Assembly: GCA_035574655.1 (NCBI GenBank) | Contig: DATLYP010000069.1 | Coordinates: 1-58,160, forward strand | DNA: 58,160 nt | Source: Gaiellaceae bacterium | Lineage (GTDB): Bacteria > Actinomycetota > Thermoleophilia > Gaiellales > Gaiellaceae | Direction of reading: 5' to 3' | Shown: in pieces, positions 41,677-49,836 of the stretch | Layout of the letters: each line of letters opens with the position of its first letter | Numbering within the stretch: position 1 is the first letter of the stretch | Notes under the pieces: generated by a model | What the model saw: only the letters and a program-made list of their open reading frames with translations | Databases searched by the model: none | Told to the model about the DNA's origin: nothing | Translations under genes and position numbers: made by a program

Positions 41677-42371
41677 GCGACCCCGAGGTACGCGCGCCGG
41701 ACCTCCGGGTTACGCTCCAGCTCGGCCGGCGTCCCCTGGAGCCGGATGCGGCCGTTCTCGAGCACGTACCCGCGGTCGGCGACGGAGAGCGCGAGCGGGA
41801 CCTGCTGCTCGGCGATCAGGAGCGTGACCCCCTTCCGCTTCAGGTCCTGGAGCGCCTCGAACGCGGCCTGGGCGACGATCGGCGCGAGGCCGGTCGTCGG
41901 CTCGTCCAGGAGGAGCAGGCGCGGGCGCGCGACGAGGGCCCGGGCGACCGCGAGCATCTGCTGCTCGCCGCCGCTCAGCGTCCCCGCCTGCTGGCGCAGC
42001 CGCTCCTTGAGGCGGGGGAAGAGCTCGTACACGAGCTCCAGCGTCTCCCGGTCCGGCCGGCGCGGGTAGGCGCCGAGGAGCAGGTTGGTCTTCACGGTCA
42101 TGGCCGGGAAGAGGTGCCGCTCGGCCGGGACGTACGCGATGCCGGCGCGGGCCCGGCGGTAGGCGGGACGGCGGGTCAGGTCCCGCCCGTCGAGCACGAC
42201 CCGGCCCTCGAGCGCGGGCAGGAGGCCGGCGATGGCGCGGAAGAGCGTCGTCTTGCCCGCGCCGTTCGAGCCCACGATCGCCACCGCCTCCCCGGTCTCG
42301 ACCTCGAGGTCGATGTCCTCGACGACCTTCTCGCCGAGGTAGCCGGCTGCCAGCCCGACGACCTCAAGCAA
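41673..42371 (-). CDS. HAAT-family ABC transporter ATP-binding protein, LivF-like
   Basis: Walker A GSNGAGKTT, signature LSGGEQQML, Walker B LLLLDEPTTGL. Confidence 0.85.
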   Translation of the reverse strand: MLEVVGLAAGYLGEKVVEDIDLEVETGEAVAIVGSNGAGKTTLFRAIAGLLPALEGRVVLDGRDLTRRPAYRRARAGIAYVPAERHLFPAMTVKTNLLLGAYPRRPDRETLELVYELFPRLKERLRQQAGTLSGGEQQMLAVARALVARPRLLLLDEPTTGLAPIVAQAAFEALQDLKRKGVTLLIAEQQVPLALSVADRGYVLENGRIRLQGTPAELERNPEVRRAYLGVA

Positions 42372-43095
42372 CGTGGGCCTGCCCGAGGTAGGCGTCGATG
42401 ACGCGGGGGTCCCGCATGACCACCTCAGGCGGGCCTTCGGCCAGGATCCTGCCGAAGTTCAGGACGATCGCGCGCTCGGCGAGCTGGACGACGGCGCTCA
42501 TCACGTGCTCGACCCAGAGGATCGTCGTTCCCAGCCTGTCGCGGACGCTGCGGACGATCTCGATGGAGGCCGCGAGCTCCGTCTCGTTCAGGCCCGCCAT
42601 CACCTCGTCGATGAGCAGCACCTGGGGGCGGCCCGCGAGCGCCTTCGCGAGCTCGAGGAAGCGGAGCTCGTGCAGGTTCAGGCTCGAGATGGGGTGGTCG
42701 GCGCGCTCGTGCAGGCCGACGAAGGCCAGCGACTCGGCCGCCCGCCTCCGCGCCTCGCCCTCGCCGACGACGCCGTCCCCGCCGAACATGGCCGCGACCA
42801 CGACGTTCTCGAGGACGGTCAGGGAGCCGAAGGGGAGGGGTCTCTGGGCCGCCATCGCGATTCCCCTGCGCCGCACCTGGTGGGGGAACAGGCCGTCCAC
42901 CTTCGCGCCGCGCAGGCGCACGCTCCCCTCCGTGGGCCGCTCGAGGCCGACGATGACCTTCAGGAGGGTGCTCTTGCCGGCCCCGTTCGGGCCGACGACG
43001 GCGACGATCTCGCCGTCGTCGACCCGGAACGTGACGCCGTCCACGGCCGGGAGGCCGCCGAAGCGCTTCGTGACCTTCTCGACCTCGAGCAGCAG
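42364..43095 (-). CDS. HAAT-family ABC transporter ATP-binding protein, LivG-like (start codon uncertain)
   Basis: Walker A GPNGAGKST, signature region, Walker B VLLIDEVMAGL. The ORF-track start (GTG at 43044) cuts off the conserved LLEVEKVTKRFGGLPAVDGV N-terminus. The frame is open back to the stop of the upstream gene, and the only candidates are CTG codons at 43093-43095 and 43090-43092. Confidence 0.75.
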   Translation of the reverse strand: MLLEVEKVTKRFGGLPAVDGVTFRVDDGEIVAVVGPNGAGKSTLLKVIVGLERPTEGSVRLRGAKVDGLFPHQVRRRGIAMAAQRPLPFGSLTVLENVVVAAMFGGDGVVGEGEARRRAAESLAFVGLHERADHPISSLNLHELRFLELAKALAGRPQVLLIDEVMAGLNETELAASIEIVRSVRDRLGTTILWVEHVMSAVVQLAERAIVLNFGRILAEGPPEVVMRDPRVIDAYLGQAHVA

Positions 43096-43113
43096 ATCGC
43101 GGCTCCTCTCCGA

Positions 43114-44343
43114 CTACGGACGGTAGGGCGTCAGCGGCTGCGAGCGGAAGAGCACCCGCGGCCACCAGCTGCCGGCGGTGTTCAGGCCGGGCTCCGGCGG
43201 CGGCCCCTTCGTCAGGATGGCGAACTGCACCTGCGGCCCCTGGATCTCGCCCCACGCCGTCCACCGGAGCGGGAACGCGTACCCGGGGATGTTGAACGTG
43301 TTGGAGCGGACGTAGGCCGCGATCCGCTCCGTGTTCGTGCCCACCTTGCTGATCGCCTCCGCGACGATCTTCACGGATGCGTACGCCGCCAGCGCGTCGT
43401 CCTCGAAGAACCCGTTCTGCGGGAACGTCCGCAGGTACCGCTTGGCGAGCGCCTTGTACTCCTTCGACGCGGTCGCCATGCACTTGAAGTCGCCCCAGCG
43501 GCCGTAGGCGGCCTCGCCCGCCGCCCGCGCGGTCACGGTGTAGGGCGAGTAGGCCCCCACCACCGGCGCCTTCATCCCGAGCTGCCCCGCCTGGGCGAGG
43601 ATCGCGCCCGCCCCCGGGGGATGGCCCGTCGCCACGATCAGGGACACGTCGCCGAGCGCGCGCAGGGAGGGGATGAAGTTGGTCGCGGTGACCGGCACGA
43701 CCTGCATGTTCAGGCGGATGTTCGGCGCCGCCTTGAACGCCTGCTCGAGCGACTCCTTGAACGACTGGCCCCAGGCGTAGTCGGCGATGATCGCGCCCAC
43801 GCTGCGCAGGCCGCGGCGCTGCGCAAGCTGCACGATCGGGATGCCCACCTCCGCGGCCGCGGGCAGGCAGGTGCGGAACGTGTACCGGCTGCTCCGCGTC
43901 AGGATCTCGTTCGCGCCCGCCTTCACCAGGAAGAGCGGCACGCGCGCCTGCTCCGCGAGCCGGGCCGTCGCGAGCGCGATGTTGCTGCCGATGATGCCGC
44001 CGATGGCGACCACGCGCTCCTGCTCGGTGAGCCGCCGGAAGCCGTCGACCGCGGCGTTCGCGTCCACCGACCGGTCGTCCGCGACGACGAGGTTGAGGCG
44101 CCGCCCCTGGCCGCGGCCCTTGACTCCGCCCGCCCTGTTGATCTCGTTGATCGCGAGCGCCATCCCTGCGCGCACCTGGATGCCCCAGGGCGCGAAGGGG
44201 CCCGTCAGCGGGGTGATCGCGCCGATCTTGATCGGCTCCCGCTGCGCGGAACCGCTCGACTCCCCGTATGCGCTCGACCCGCTGAGGGCGGCCGTGAGCG
44301 ACGCCAGGACGCCCACAGCCGCGACCAATCTCAACCGGTTCAC
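43114..44343 (-). CDS. ABC transporter substrate-binding protein (Peripla_BP_6 / LivK-like), probable aromatic-acid binder
   Basis: GTG (V73 of ORF 43114..44559) preceded by AGGAAGGAGGAAGG. Signal-like segment VNRLRLVAAVGVLASLTAALSGSSA, then IKIGAITPLTGPFAPWG...AINEINRAGGV. Confidence 0.8.
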   Translation of the reverse strand: MNRLRLVAAVGVLASLTAALSGSSAYGESSGSAQREPIKIGAITPLTGPFAPWGIQVRAGMALAINEINRAGGVKGRGQGRRLNLVVADDRSVDANAAVDGFRRLTEQERVVAIGGIIGSNIALATARLAEQARVPLFLVKAGANEILTRSSRYTFRTCLPAAAEVGIPIVQLAQRRGLRSVGAIIADYAWGQSFKESLEQAFKAAPNIRLNMQVVPVTATNFIPSLRALGDVSLIVATGHPPGAGAILAQAGQLGMKAPVVGAYSPYTVTARAAGEAAYGRWGDFKCMATASKEYKALAKRYLRTFPQNGFFEDDALAAYASVKIVAEAISKVGTNTERIAAYVRSNTFNIPGYAFPLRWTAWGEIQGPQVQFAILTKGPPPEPGLNTAGSWWPRVLFRSQPLTPYRP

Positions 44344-44376
44344 CAGCCTTCCTCCTTCCTCGGTGTGCTTGCCCGT

Positions 44377-44425
44377 GGGGTCAGGTCTTCCGCGGTGCAC
44401 CGGGCAACGCGGAAGACCCGACCCC
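44377..44425. repeat. Single hairpin copy related to the REP-like family
   Basis: GGGGTCAGGTCTTCCGCG-N13-CGCGGAAGACC-CGACCCC. It shares the GGGGTCAGGTC core with the arrays at 27.5 and 31.4 kb. It lies 34 nt upstream of the SBP start. Confidence 0.6.
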
Positions 44426-44469
44426 CGACCCGCTGCGTGCCCGCCCTGCTCGACCCGGGCATGGAGCGA

Positions 44470-44542
44470 TGTATACAGGAACGCTCGAGCGTGCTCCAAA
44501 CGCGGGCCGATCCGTTGCCGTGGAGGCCGGCTTTGCATACAG
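44470..44542. promoter_or_regulatory. AT-rich palindromes TGTATACA and TTTGCATACAG in the promoter region of the ABC-transporter operon
   Basis: TGTATACA at 44470-44477. TTTGCATACAG at 44532-44542, sitting in the loop of GCCGGCT...AGCCGGC. The identical 11-mer recurs at 50824-50834. Confidence 0.3.
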
Positions 44543-44608
44543 CCGGCGAGCGCCGGCACGCGCTCGCCCGCTGCCGGGCGGCGCCGAGGATGGGCGCGGC
44601 CGCGCCCC

Positions 44609-46003
44609 TCAGGCTCGGGCGGCGCGCCACGTCCCCGGCGCGTAGGCCTCCCGGACCGTCTCCACGTACGGGGCCGGGCAGACGACGGCGCCGATCTCCA
44701 CCTGCACGTGCCGCTCCACCGTCGGCTTCGCGGTCCCGCCGTCCTCCTCGCCCCAGACCAGCGTCACGGGCGTTCCCGGCTCGGCGTGCTCCGCGTCCAC
44801 GACGGCCAGCGTCAGCATCTTGCCCTCGTTGGCGCTGTACCCGATCCAGGTCGAGACGCCGACGGTCTCCCCGTCCACGGTCACCCGATCGTACGGGTGC
44901 ATCGAGTACACCGCGGACGGCCAGTCGATGAACTTCGCCCGGCCCTCCTTCCGGAACATCGTCCCGATCGCCCGGAGCACGTCCTCGTCGTCGAGCTCGA
45001 GCGTCACCTTGCGCCGGTGCTCGCCCTCCGCCATCTCCTCGAGCGCTTGGCGCCCGATGAACTCGTGGTCGAACTTCACGTAGTGGCCGTACCCCAGGTC
45101 CCAGGGCGTGAAGTAGTAGTCCTCGATGTCGTCCGAGACGAAGCTCCCCCCGATGGAGGCCGTGCCCTCGTAGCCCGTCGCCGGCAGCCACTCGCGGTAG
45201 GGCCTCAGGCTCTCGCCCGTGTACACGGCCGGCAGCGGGGAGGGGATCCATCCTGACTCGAGCGTGTTGCAGGAGTAGGCCCGGCCGCCGACCAGGCGCA
45301 GCCCGAACTCCTCGCCCGCGCGGACGAGCGCCTCGTGCACGGCCTCGCGCTCCTCCCACGGCCCGAAGAGCTCCCAGCCCGGCTGGCCGGCCATCCCGTG
45401 CCGGAGCGCGTGCACGTCCTTGCCGGCGATGCGCACCACCGTCGTGTGGAAGAAGCGGAGCTCGGGCGGCTCACGGCCGAGGGCCTTCTCGATCACCTGC
45501 ATCGCGTTCGGGCCCTGCACCTGGAAGCGGTACGAGCGGCGGCGCCCGTCGGTTCGCAGCGCCCACCGCTCGTCGAGCTCGACCTCGACGTCGTAGCCCC
45601 CCGTCTCCGCGTGGTAGCGCACCCAGTTGAGCGCGGGCGCCCGCCCCACGAGGGTGAACTCGTCCTCGGCGAGCGCGTACAGGATCACGTCCCCGATCAC
45701 GTAGCCCTCCGGGGTGCAGGGCACGAAGTGCTTGGCCCGGTCGGGGGTGAAGCCGGCGAAGCTGTTGATCGCGAGCCGGGAGAGGAGCGTCAGCGCGTCC
45801 GGCCCGCGCACGGCCAGGTCGGCCATGTGGTAGGAGAGGTTGAAGAGCACGCACGTCTCCTGCCAGGCCATCACCTCGTCGCGCCAGTTCGTGTACTCCG
45901 CCGGCACGCCCGGGTAGACGTTGGGCCCCACCGGGGCGTTGCGCAGCAGCCGCACCGGGCTCTCCACCGAGCGGAGGAGGTCCTCCAGGCTGCGCGCGCT
46001 CAC
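44609..46003 (-). CDS. Second LigM/DesA-type tetrahydrofolate-dependent aromatic O-demethylase (464 aa)
   Basis: GTG (V239 of ORF 44609..46717) preceded by GAGGGAGGGG. It is collinear with the 36065 paralogue: YTNWRDEVMAWQETCVLFNLSYHM, GYVIGDVILY, LESGWIPSPLPAVYTGESLRPYREWL, DYYFTPWDLGYGHYVKFDHEF. It overlaps the GntR stop by 4 nt. Confidence 0.8.
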   Translation of the reverse strand: MSARSLEDLLRSVESPVRLLRNAPVGPNVYPGVPAEYTNWRDEVMAWQETCVLFNLSYHMADLAVRGPDALTLLSRLAINSFAGFTPDRAKHFVPCTPEGYVIGDVILYALAEDEFTLVGRAPALNWVRYHAETGGYDVEVELDERWALRTDGRRRSYRFQVQGPNAMQVIEKALGREPPELRFFHTTVVRIAGKDVHALRHGMAGQPGWELFGPWEEREAVHEALVRAGEEFGLRLVGGRAYSCNTLESGWIPSPLPAVYTGESLRPYREWLPATGYEGTASIGGSFVSDDIEDYYFTPWDLGYGHYVKFDHEFIGRQALEEMAEGEHRRKVTLELDDEDVLRAIGTMFRKEGRAKFIDWPSAVYSMHPYDRVTVDGETVGVSTWIGYSANEGKMLTLAVVDAEHAEPGTPVTLVWGEEDGGTAKPTVERHVQVEIGAVVCPAPYVETVREAYAPGTWRAARA

Positions 46004-46677
46004 CGCGCCCCTCCCTCGAGGACCCCGCGGCTCGCCTGGTCGATGCCGCCCGGAAGCGCGCGCCGCTGCACGGCCCGGGCGACGTTGAAGAGGTGGGCGC
46101 GCATCGCCGCCTCCGCCTCGTCCGGCCGCCCGGCGGCGACCGCCTCCACGATCGCCGTGTGCTCCCGAAGCGACGCCGCGGCGCGGCCCGGAAGCAGGAT
46201 CGTCCGGTACTGGTAGCGCACGGTCTGCGAGCTCAGGGAGCGGATCAGCCTGCACGCCGTGGCGTGCCCGGAGAGCTCGAGCAGGGTCGCGTGCAGGTCG
46301 GCGTTCGCGTCGGAGGCGGCGAGCAGGTCGCCCGCCTCCAAGAGCTCGCGCTGCCGGGCGAGGCGGGCGCGCAGCCGCTCCGCGCCTGCGTCCTCGATCC
46401 GCTCGGCCGCCTGCCGCGCCGCCAGCCCCTCGAGGACGGCGCGCGCCTGGAGGATCTCGATCGCCTCCTCGTCCGTGACCCGGCGCACGCGCGCTCCCCG
46501 GTGCGGCTCCCGCACGACGAGACCCTCCTGCTCGAGCCGGATCAGCGCGGTGCGGACGGCTCCCCGCGACATGTCGAAGGCGGCGCCGATGTCCGCCTCC
46601 ACGAGCCGGGCGTCCGGCGCGATGTACCCGCGGACGATGGCCTCGCGGAGCGCCTCGAAGCTGGCATCGGTCGGCAT
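46000..46677 (-). CDS. GntR-family transcriptional regulator (FCD subfamily)
   Basis: wHTH segment ALREAIVRGYIAPDARLVEADIGAAFDMSRGAVRTALIRLEQEGLVVREPHRGARV, plus an FCD-like helical domain. Confidence 0.8.
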   Translation of the reverse strand: MPTDASFEALREAIVRGYIAPDARLVEADIGAAFDMSRGAVRTALIRLEQEGLVVREPHRGARVRRVTDEEAIEILQARAVLEGLAARQAAERIEDAGAERLRARLARQRELLEAGDLLAASDANADLHATLLELSGHATACRLIRSLSSQTVRYQYRTILLPGRAAASLREHTAIVEAVAAGRPDEAEAAMRAHLFNVARAVQRRALPGGIDQASRGVLEGGAR

Positions 46678-46709
46678 CGCGCGCCTCCATCCTGCCGATT
46701 GCTGGAAAG

Positions 46710-46721
46710 ATCGTCAACGAT
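46710..46721. promoter_or_regulatory. Candidate GntR operator ATCGT-CA-ACGAT
   Basis: Perfect 5-nt inverted repeat with a GT..AC core. It lies in the 83-bp divergent region between the GntR gene (start 46677) and the 46761 operon. The flanks are AT-rich (GATTGCTGGAAAG, TTTTGTCGAAAAG). Confidence 0.35.
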
Positions 46722-46760
46722 TTTGTCGAAAAGCCGGTAGGGTTCGCTCCCGCGAGGCCG

Positions 46761-47567
46761 ATGAGCGACGGGGCAGGCGAGCAGGTGCGCGAGAGGAAGC
46801 CGCTCCGGGTGGCGGTCCTCGGGCTCGGCGAGGCGGGAGGCAGGCTCGCGGCCGAGCTGGCCGCGGCCGGGGCCGAGGTGCGCGGCTACGACCCCGACCC
46901 CGGCCGGGAGGAGCCCGCCGTTGCGCGGGCGCCGACGGCCGCCGTCGCCGTCGGGGGGTGCGACGCGGTGCTGAGCGTCAACTCGGCGAAGGCGGCGCTC
47001 GAGGCCGCGGAAGCGGCGCTCCCCGCCCTGCGCGCGGGGGCGCTCTACGCCGACCTGAACACCGCCTCCCCCGCGCTCAAGCGGGAGCTCGCCGCGCTCG
47101 CAGAGCGAGCGGGCGCGCGCTTCGCCGACGTCGCCCTGCTTGGCCCGGTGCCGGAGCGCGGGCTCCGCACGCCCGCGCTCGCCTCGGGCACGGGGGCAGC
47201 CGCTTTCGCCGAGCTCTTCGGCCCGCTCGGGATGCCGGTCACGGTCGTCTCCCCGGAGGCGGGCGAGGCGGCAGCGCGGAAGCTCCTGCGCTCCGTGTTC
47301 ATGAAAGGGCTTGCCGCCGCCGTCGTCGAGAGCATGCAGGCGGCGGAGGCGGCGGGGTGCGGCGAGTGGCTCGCGCGCGAGATCGAGGCGGTGGTCGGCA
47401 GGCGCTACCTGGAGCGCGCCCTCGCGGGCAGCCGCGCCCACGCCGCCCGGCGCGTGGACGAGATGGAGGCCGCCCGCGAGCTTCTGGTCGAGCTCGGCGT
47501 GGAGCCGCACGTCGCCTCCGCGAGCGCGGCGCAGCTCGCGGGGCTGGCGGCGGCGCGAGGGCGGTAG
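46761..47567 (+). CDS. NAD(P)-binding oxidoreductase (6-phosphogluconate-dehydrogenase-like N-domain + DUF1932-like C-domain)
   Basis: Rossmann segment RVAVLGLGEAGGRLAAELAAAGAEVRGYDP. C-terminal segment AARKLLRSVFMKGLAAAVVESMQAAEAAGC. Confidence 0.6.
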   Translation: MSDGAGEQVRERKPLRVAVLGLGEAGGRLAAELAAAGAEVRGYDPDPGREEPAVARAPTAAVAVGGCDAVLSVNSAKAALEAAEAALPALRAGALYADLNTASPALKRELAALAERAGARFADVALLGPVPERGLRTPALASGTGAAAFAELFGPLGMPVTVVSPEAGEAAARKLLRSVFMKGLAAAVVESMQAAEAAGCGEWLAREIEAVVGRRYLERALAGSRAHAARRVDEMEAARELLVELGVEPHVASASAAQLAGLAAARGR

Positions 47568-47573
47568 GCGGGG

Positions 47574-48503
47574 ATGGCGGCGCCTACCACCGAAGCGCGG
47601 CCGAGCGGGCGCGCGCGCGCGCTCGTCCGGGGCGGCTTCGACCTGCACGTGCACGTCGCCCCCGACGTCCCCCCGCGGCGCATCGACGACGTCGCGCTCG
47701 CCCGGCGCTTCGCCGAGGTCGGGCTCGGCGGCTTCGCCCTCAAGTCGCACTACACCTCGACCGCGGAGCGGGCGCAGGTGGTCGCGGGCGTGGTCCCAAA
47801 GGTGCGGGTCGTCGGCACGCTCGCCCTGAACCGGGCGGTGGGCGGGATGAACGCGCTCGCCGTCGAGATCGCCGCCCGCGAGGGTGCCCGCATCGTCTGG
47901 ATGCCGACCGTCGACTCGCCGGCGGAAACGGCCGGGCGGAGGGAGCCGCGGCCGGGCGACAAGGTGCCCCAGTGGGCGCGCCTGCAGCACGAGCTGCGCG
48001 CCCTCGGGCTCGGCGTGGAGCCGGTGCAGGTGACCGGGCCCGGCCGCGAGCTGCTCCCGGAGACGCGCGAGGTGCTGCGCGCGGTCGCCCGCCACGGGCT
48101 CGTCCTCGCCACCGGCCACCTCGACCGGGACGACACGTTCGCGGTCGTGGAGGGGGCGCTCGAGGAGGGCGTCGCCGAGATCGTGATCACCCACCCCGAG
48201 TACCCCTGCCAGAACCTCTCCCTCGAGGACCAGCGCGCGCTCGCCGACCGCGGCTGCCTGCTCGAGCGCTGCCTGAGCACCCCGCTCTCCGGCAAGACGA
48301 CCTGGGAGCGCGTCTTCGAGGGGGTGCGCGCGGTCGGGCCCGAGCGCACGCTCTTCTCGAGCGACTGCGGCAACCCCGACTACCCGCCGGTGGAGGACGG
48401 GCTCGCCCTCTGGGCCGACCGCCTGCTCGAGGCCGGCTTCGACGAGGACGAGGTGCAGGGGATGATCGTCGACCAGTCGCGCCGGCTGGCGGGTGCGGCA
48501 TGA
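47574..48503 (+). CDS. Amidohydrolase-fold (TIM-barrel metal-dependent hydrolase-like) protein
   Basis: HxH-type start GGFDLHVHVAPD, then LKSHYTS, WMPTVDS, LATGHLD, ITHPEYP, FSSDCGNP. This spacing resembles amidohydrolase-superfamily ligands. The family assignment is tentative. Confidence 0.5.
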   Translation: MAAPTTEARPSGRARALVRGGFDLHVHVAPDVPPRRIDDVALARRFAEVGLGGFALKSHYTSTAERAQVVAGVVPKVRVVGTLALNRAVGGMNALAVEIAAREGARIVWMPTVDSPAETAGRREPRPGDKVPQWARLQHELRALGLGVEPVQVTGPGRELLPETREVLRAVARHGLVLATGHLDRDDTFAVVEGALEEGVAEIVITHPEYPCQNLSLEDQRALADRGCLLERCLSTPLSGKTTWERVFEGVRAVGPERTLFSSDCGNPDYPPVEDGLALWADRLLEAGFDEDEVQGMIVDQSRRLAGAA

Positions 48504-49213
48504 GCCGGCGCCTGCTCGTCGTGGGCGCCCACGCGGCGGACTTCGTCTGGCGGGCGGGCGGCGCGATCGCGCTCGCCGCCTCGGGGGGCGGCGAGGCGCT
48601 CGTGCTCGCGCTCTCCTACGGGGAGCGGGGCGAGTCGGGGGAGCTCTGGGCCGAACCCGGCCAGACGGTGGAGCGGGTGAAGGAGATCCGGCACCAGGAG
48701 GCGGAGCGGGCGGCCGCGGCGCTCGGGGCGAGGTTCGAGTGCCTCGACCTCGGCGACTACCCGCTCGAGGTGGGCGGGGACGCGCTCGCCGCCCTCGCCG
48801 ACCGCATCCGCGCCTTCGCGCCCGACGTCCTGCTCACCCACACGGACCGCGACCCGTTCAACCCGGACCACGCGGCGGCGTACGCCGCCGTCGAGCGGGC
48901 GCGCGCGCTCGCCGCGGGGGCGGGGGTGCCGAGCGCGTTCGAGACGGTGCGGCCGCCGGAGCTCCTCCTCTTCGAGCCGCACCAGCCGGAGCTCTGCAAC
49001 TTCGTCCCCACCACGTTCGTCGACATCACGCCCGTCATCGAGCGGAAGCGCGCGGCGATGGCGGAGATGCGGTCGCAGGCATACCTCGCCGCCCACTACG
49101 AGCAGCGGGCAGAGCAGCGGGGAAACCACGCCCGGCGCTCCTCGGGCGACGCCGCGATCCGCTACGCGGAGGCCTTCCAGCGCGTGACCCCCCAGGTCGT
49201 GAGCGCCCTGTGA
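48500..49213 (+). CDS. galB: PIG-L/LmbE-family hydrolase, GalB-like 4-oxalomesaconate hydratase candidate
   Basis: LLVVGAHAADFVWRAGGAIALAASGGGEALVLALSYGERGESGELW...FECLDLGDYPL...HTDRDPFNPDH closely matches my recollection of Pseudomonas putida GalB, a PIG-L family member. The ATG overlaps the previous stop. Confidence 0.65.
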   Translation: MSRRLLVVGAHAADFVWRAGGAIALAASGGGEALVLALSYGERGESGELWAEPGQTVERVKEIRHQEAERAAAALGARFECLDLGDYPLEVGGDALAALADRIRAFAPDVLLTHTDRDPFNPDHAAAYAAVERARALAAGAGVPSAFETVRPPELLLFEPHQPELCNFVPTTFVDITPVIERKRAAMAEMRSQAYLAAHYEQRAEQRGNHARRSSGDAAIRYAEAFQRVTPQVVSAL

Positions 49214-49836
49214 GCGACGTCTTCGCCGAGCTCGCGCGGCTGGGGACGGCCACCGTGCACGAGGCGGCCGGCCGCGCGCCGGTCGTGGACGTCCCGCTTC
49301 TGCAGGTCGTCCCCGGCTCGCGCGCCGCCGGCCCCGCGCGCACGGTCCGCTGCGGCCAAGGCGACAACCTGATGGTGCACGCGGCCGTCGCGGAGGCGGA
49401 GCCGGGCGAGGTCCTCGTCCTTACCATGCCCGCGCCCGCCCCCGTCGCGCTCGTGGGCGAGCTGCTCGCGATCCAGGCGAAGGGGCGCGGGGTCGCGGCG
49501 CTGCTCGTGGACGGCGCGGTGCGCGACCTCGACGGCCTGCGCGCCCTCGGCCTCCCGATCTGGGCCCGCTACGTCCGGGTGCGGGGGGCGGAGAAGAAGG
49601 TGGCGGGCGCGATCGGCGAGCCGGTGGAGGTGGGCGGGGCGACGATCCGCCAGGGGGACGCCGTCGTCTTGGACGCGGACGGGGCGGTCGTCGTCGCCCG
49701 GGAGCGGGTGGCGGAGGTGCTGGCGGCGGCGAGGGCGCGCGCGGAGTGGGAGCGGGAGAAGCGCGCAAAGCTCGAGGCCGGCGCCCTCTCCTACGACCTG
49801 GACGGGCTGCGCGGGCTGGTGGAGCGGGCGCGGTGA
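49210..49836 (+). CDS. galC: RraA-like 4-carboxy-4-hydroxy-2-oxoadipate aldolase / oxaloacetate decarboxylase (LigK/GalC type)
   Basis: LGTATVHEAAGR..., RCGQGDNLMVHAAV, GEVLVLTM, GELLAIQAKGRGVAALLVDGAVRD, GLPIWARYV is the RraA/HMG-CHA aldolase pattern. The GTG overlaps the previous stop. Confidence 0.7.
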   Translation: MSDVFAELARLGTATVHEAAGRAPVVDVPLLQVVPGSRAAGPARTVRCGQGDNLMVHAAVAEAEPGEVLVLTMPAPAPVALVGELLAIQAKGRGVAALLVDGAVRDLDGLRALGLPIWARYVRVRGAEKKVAGAIGEPVEVGGATIRQGDAVVLDADGAVVVARERVAEVLAAARARAEWEREKRAKLEAGALSYDLDGLRGLVERAR

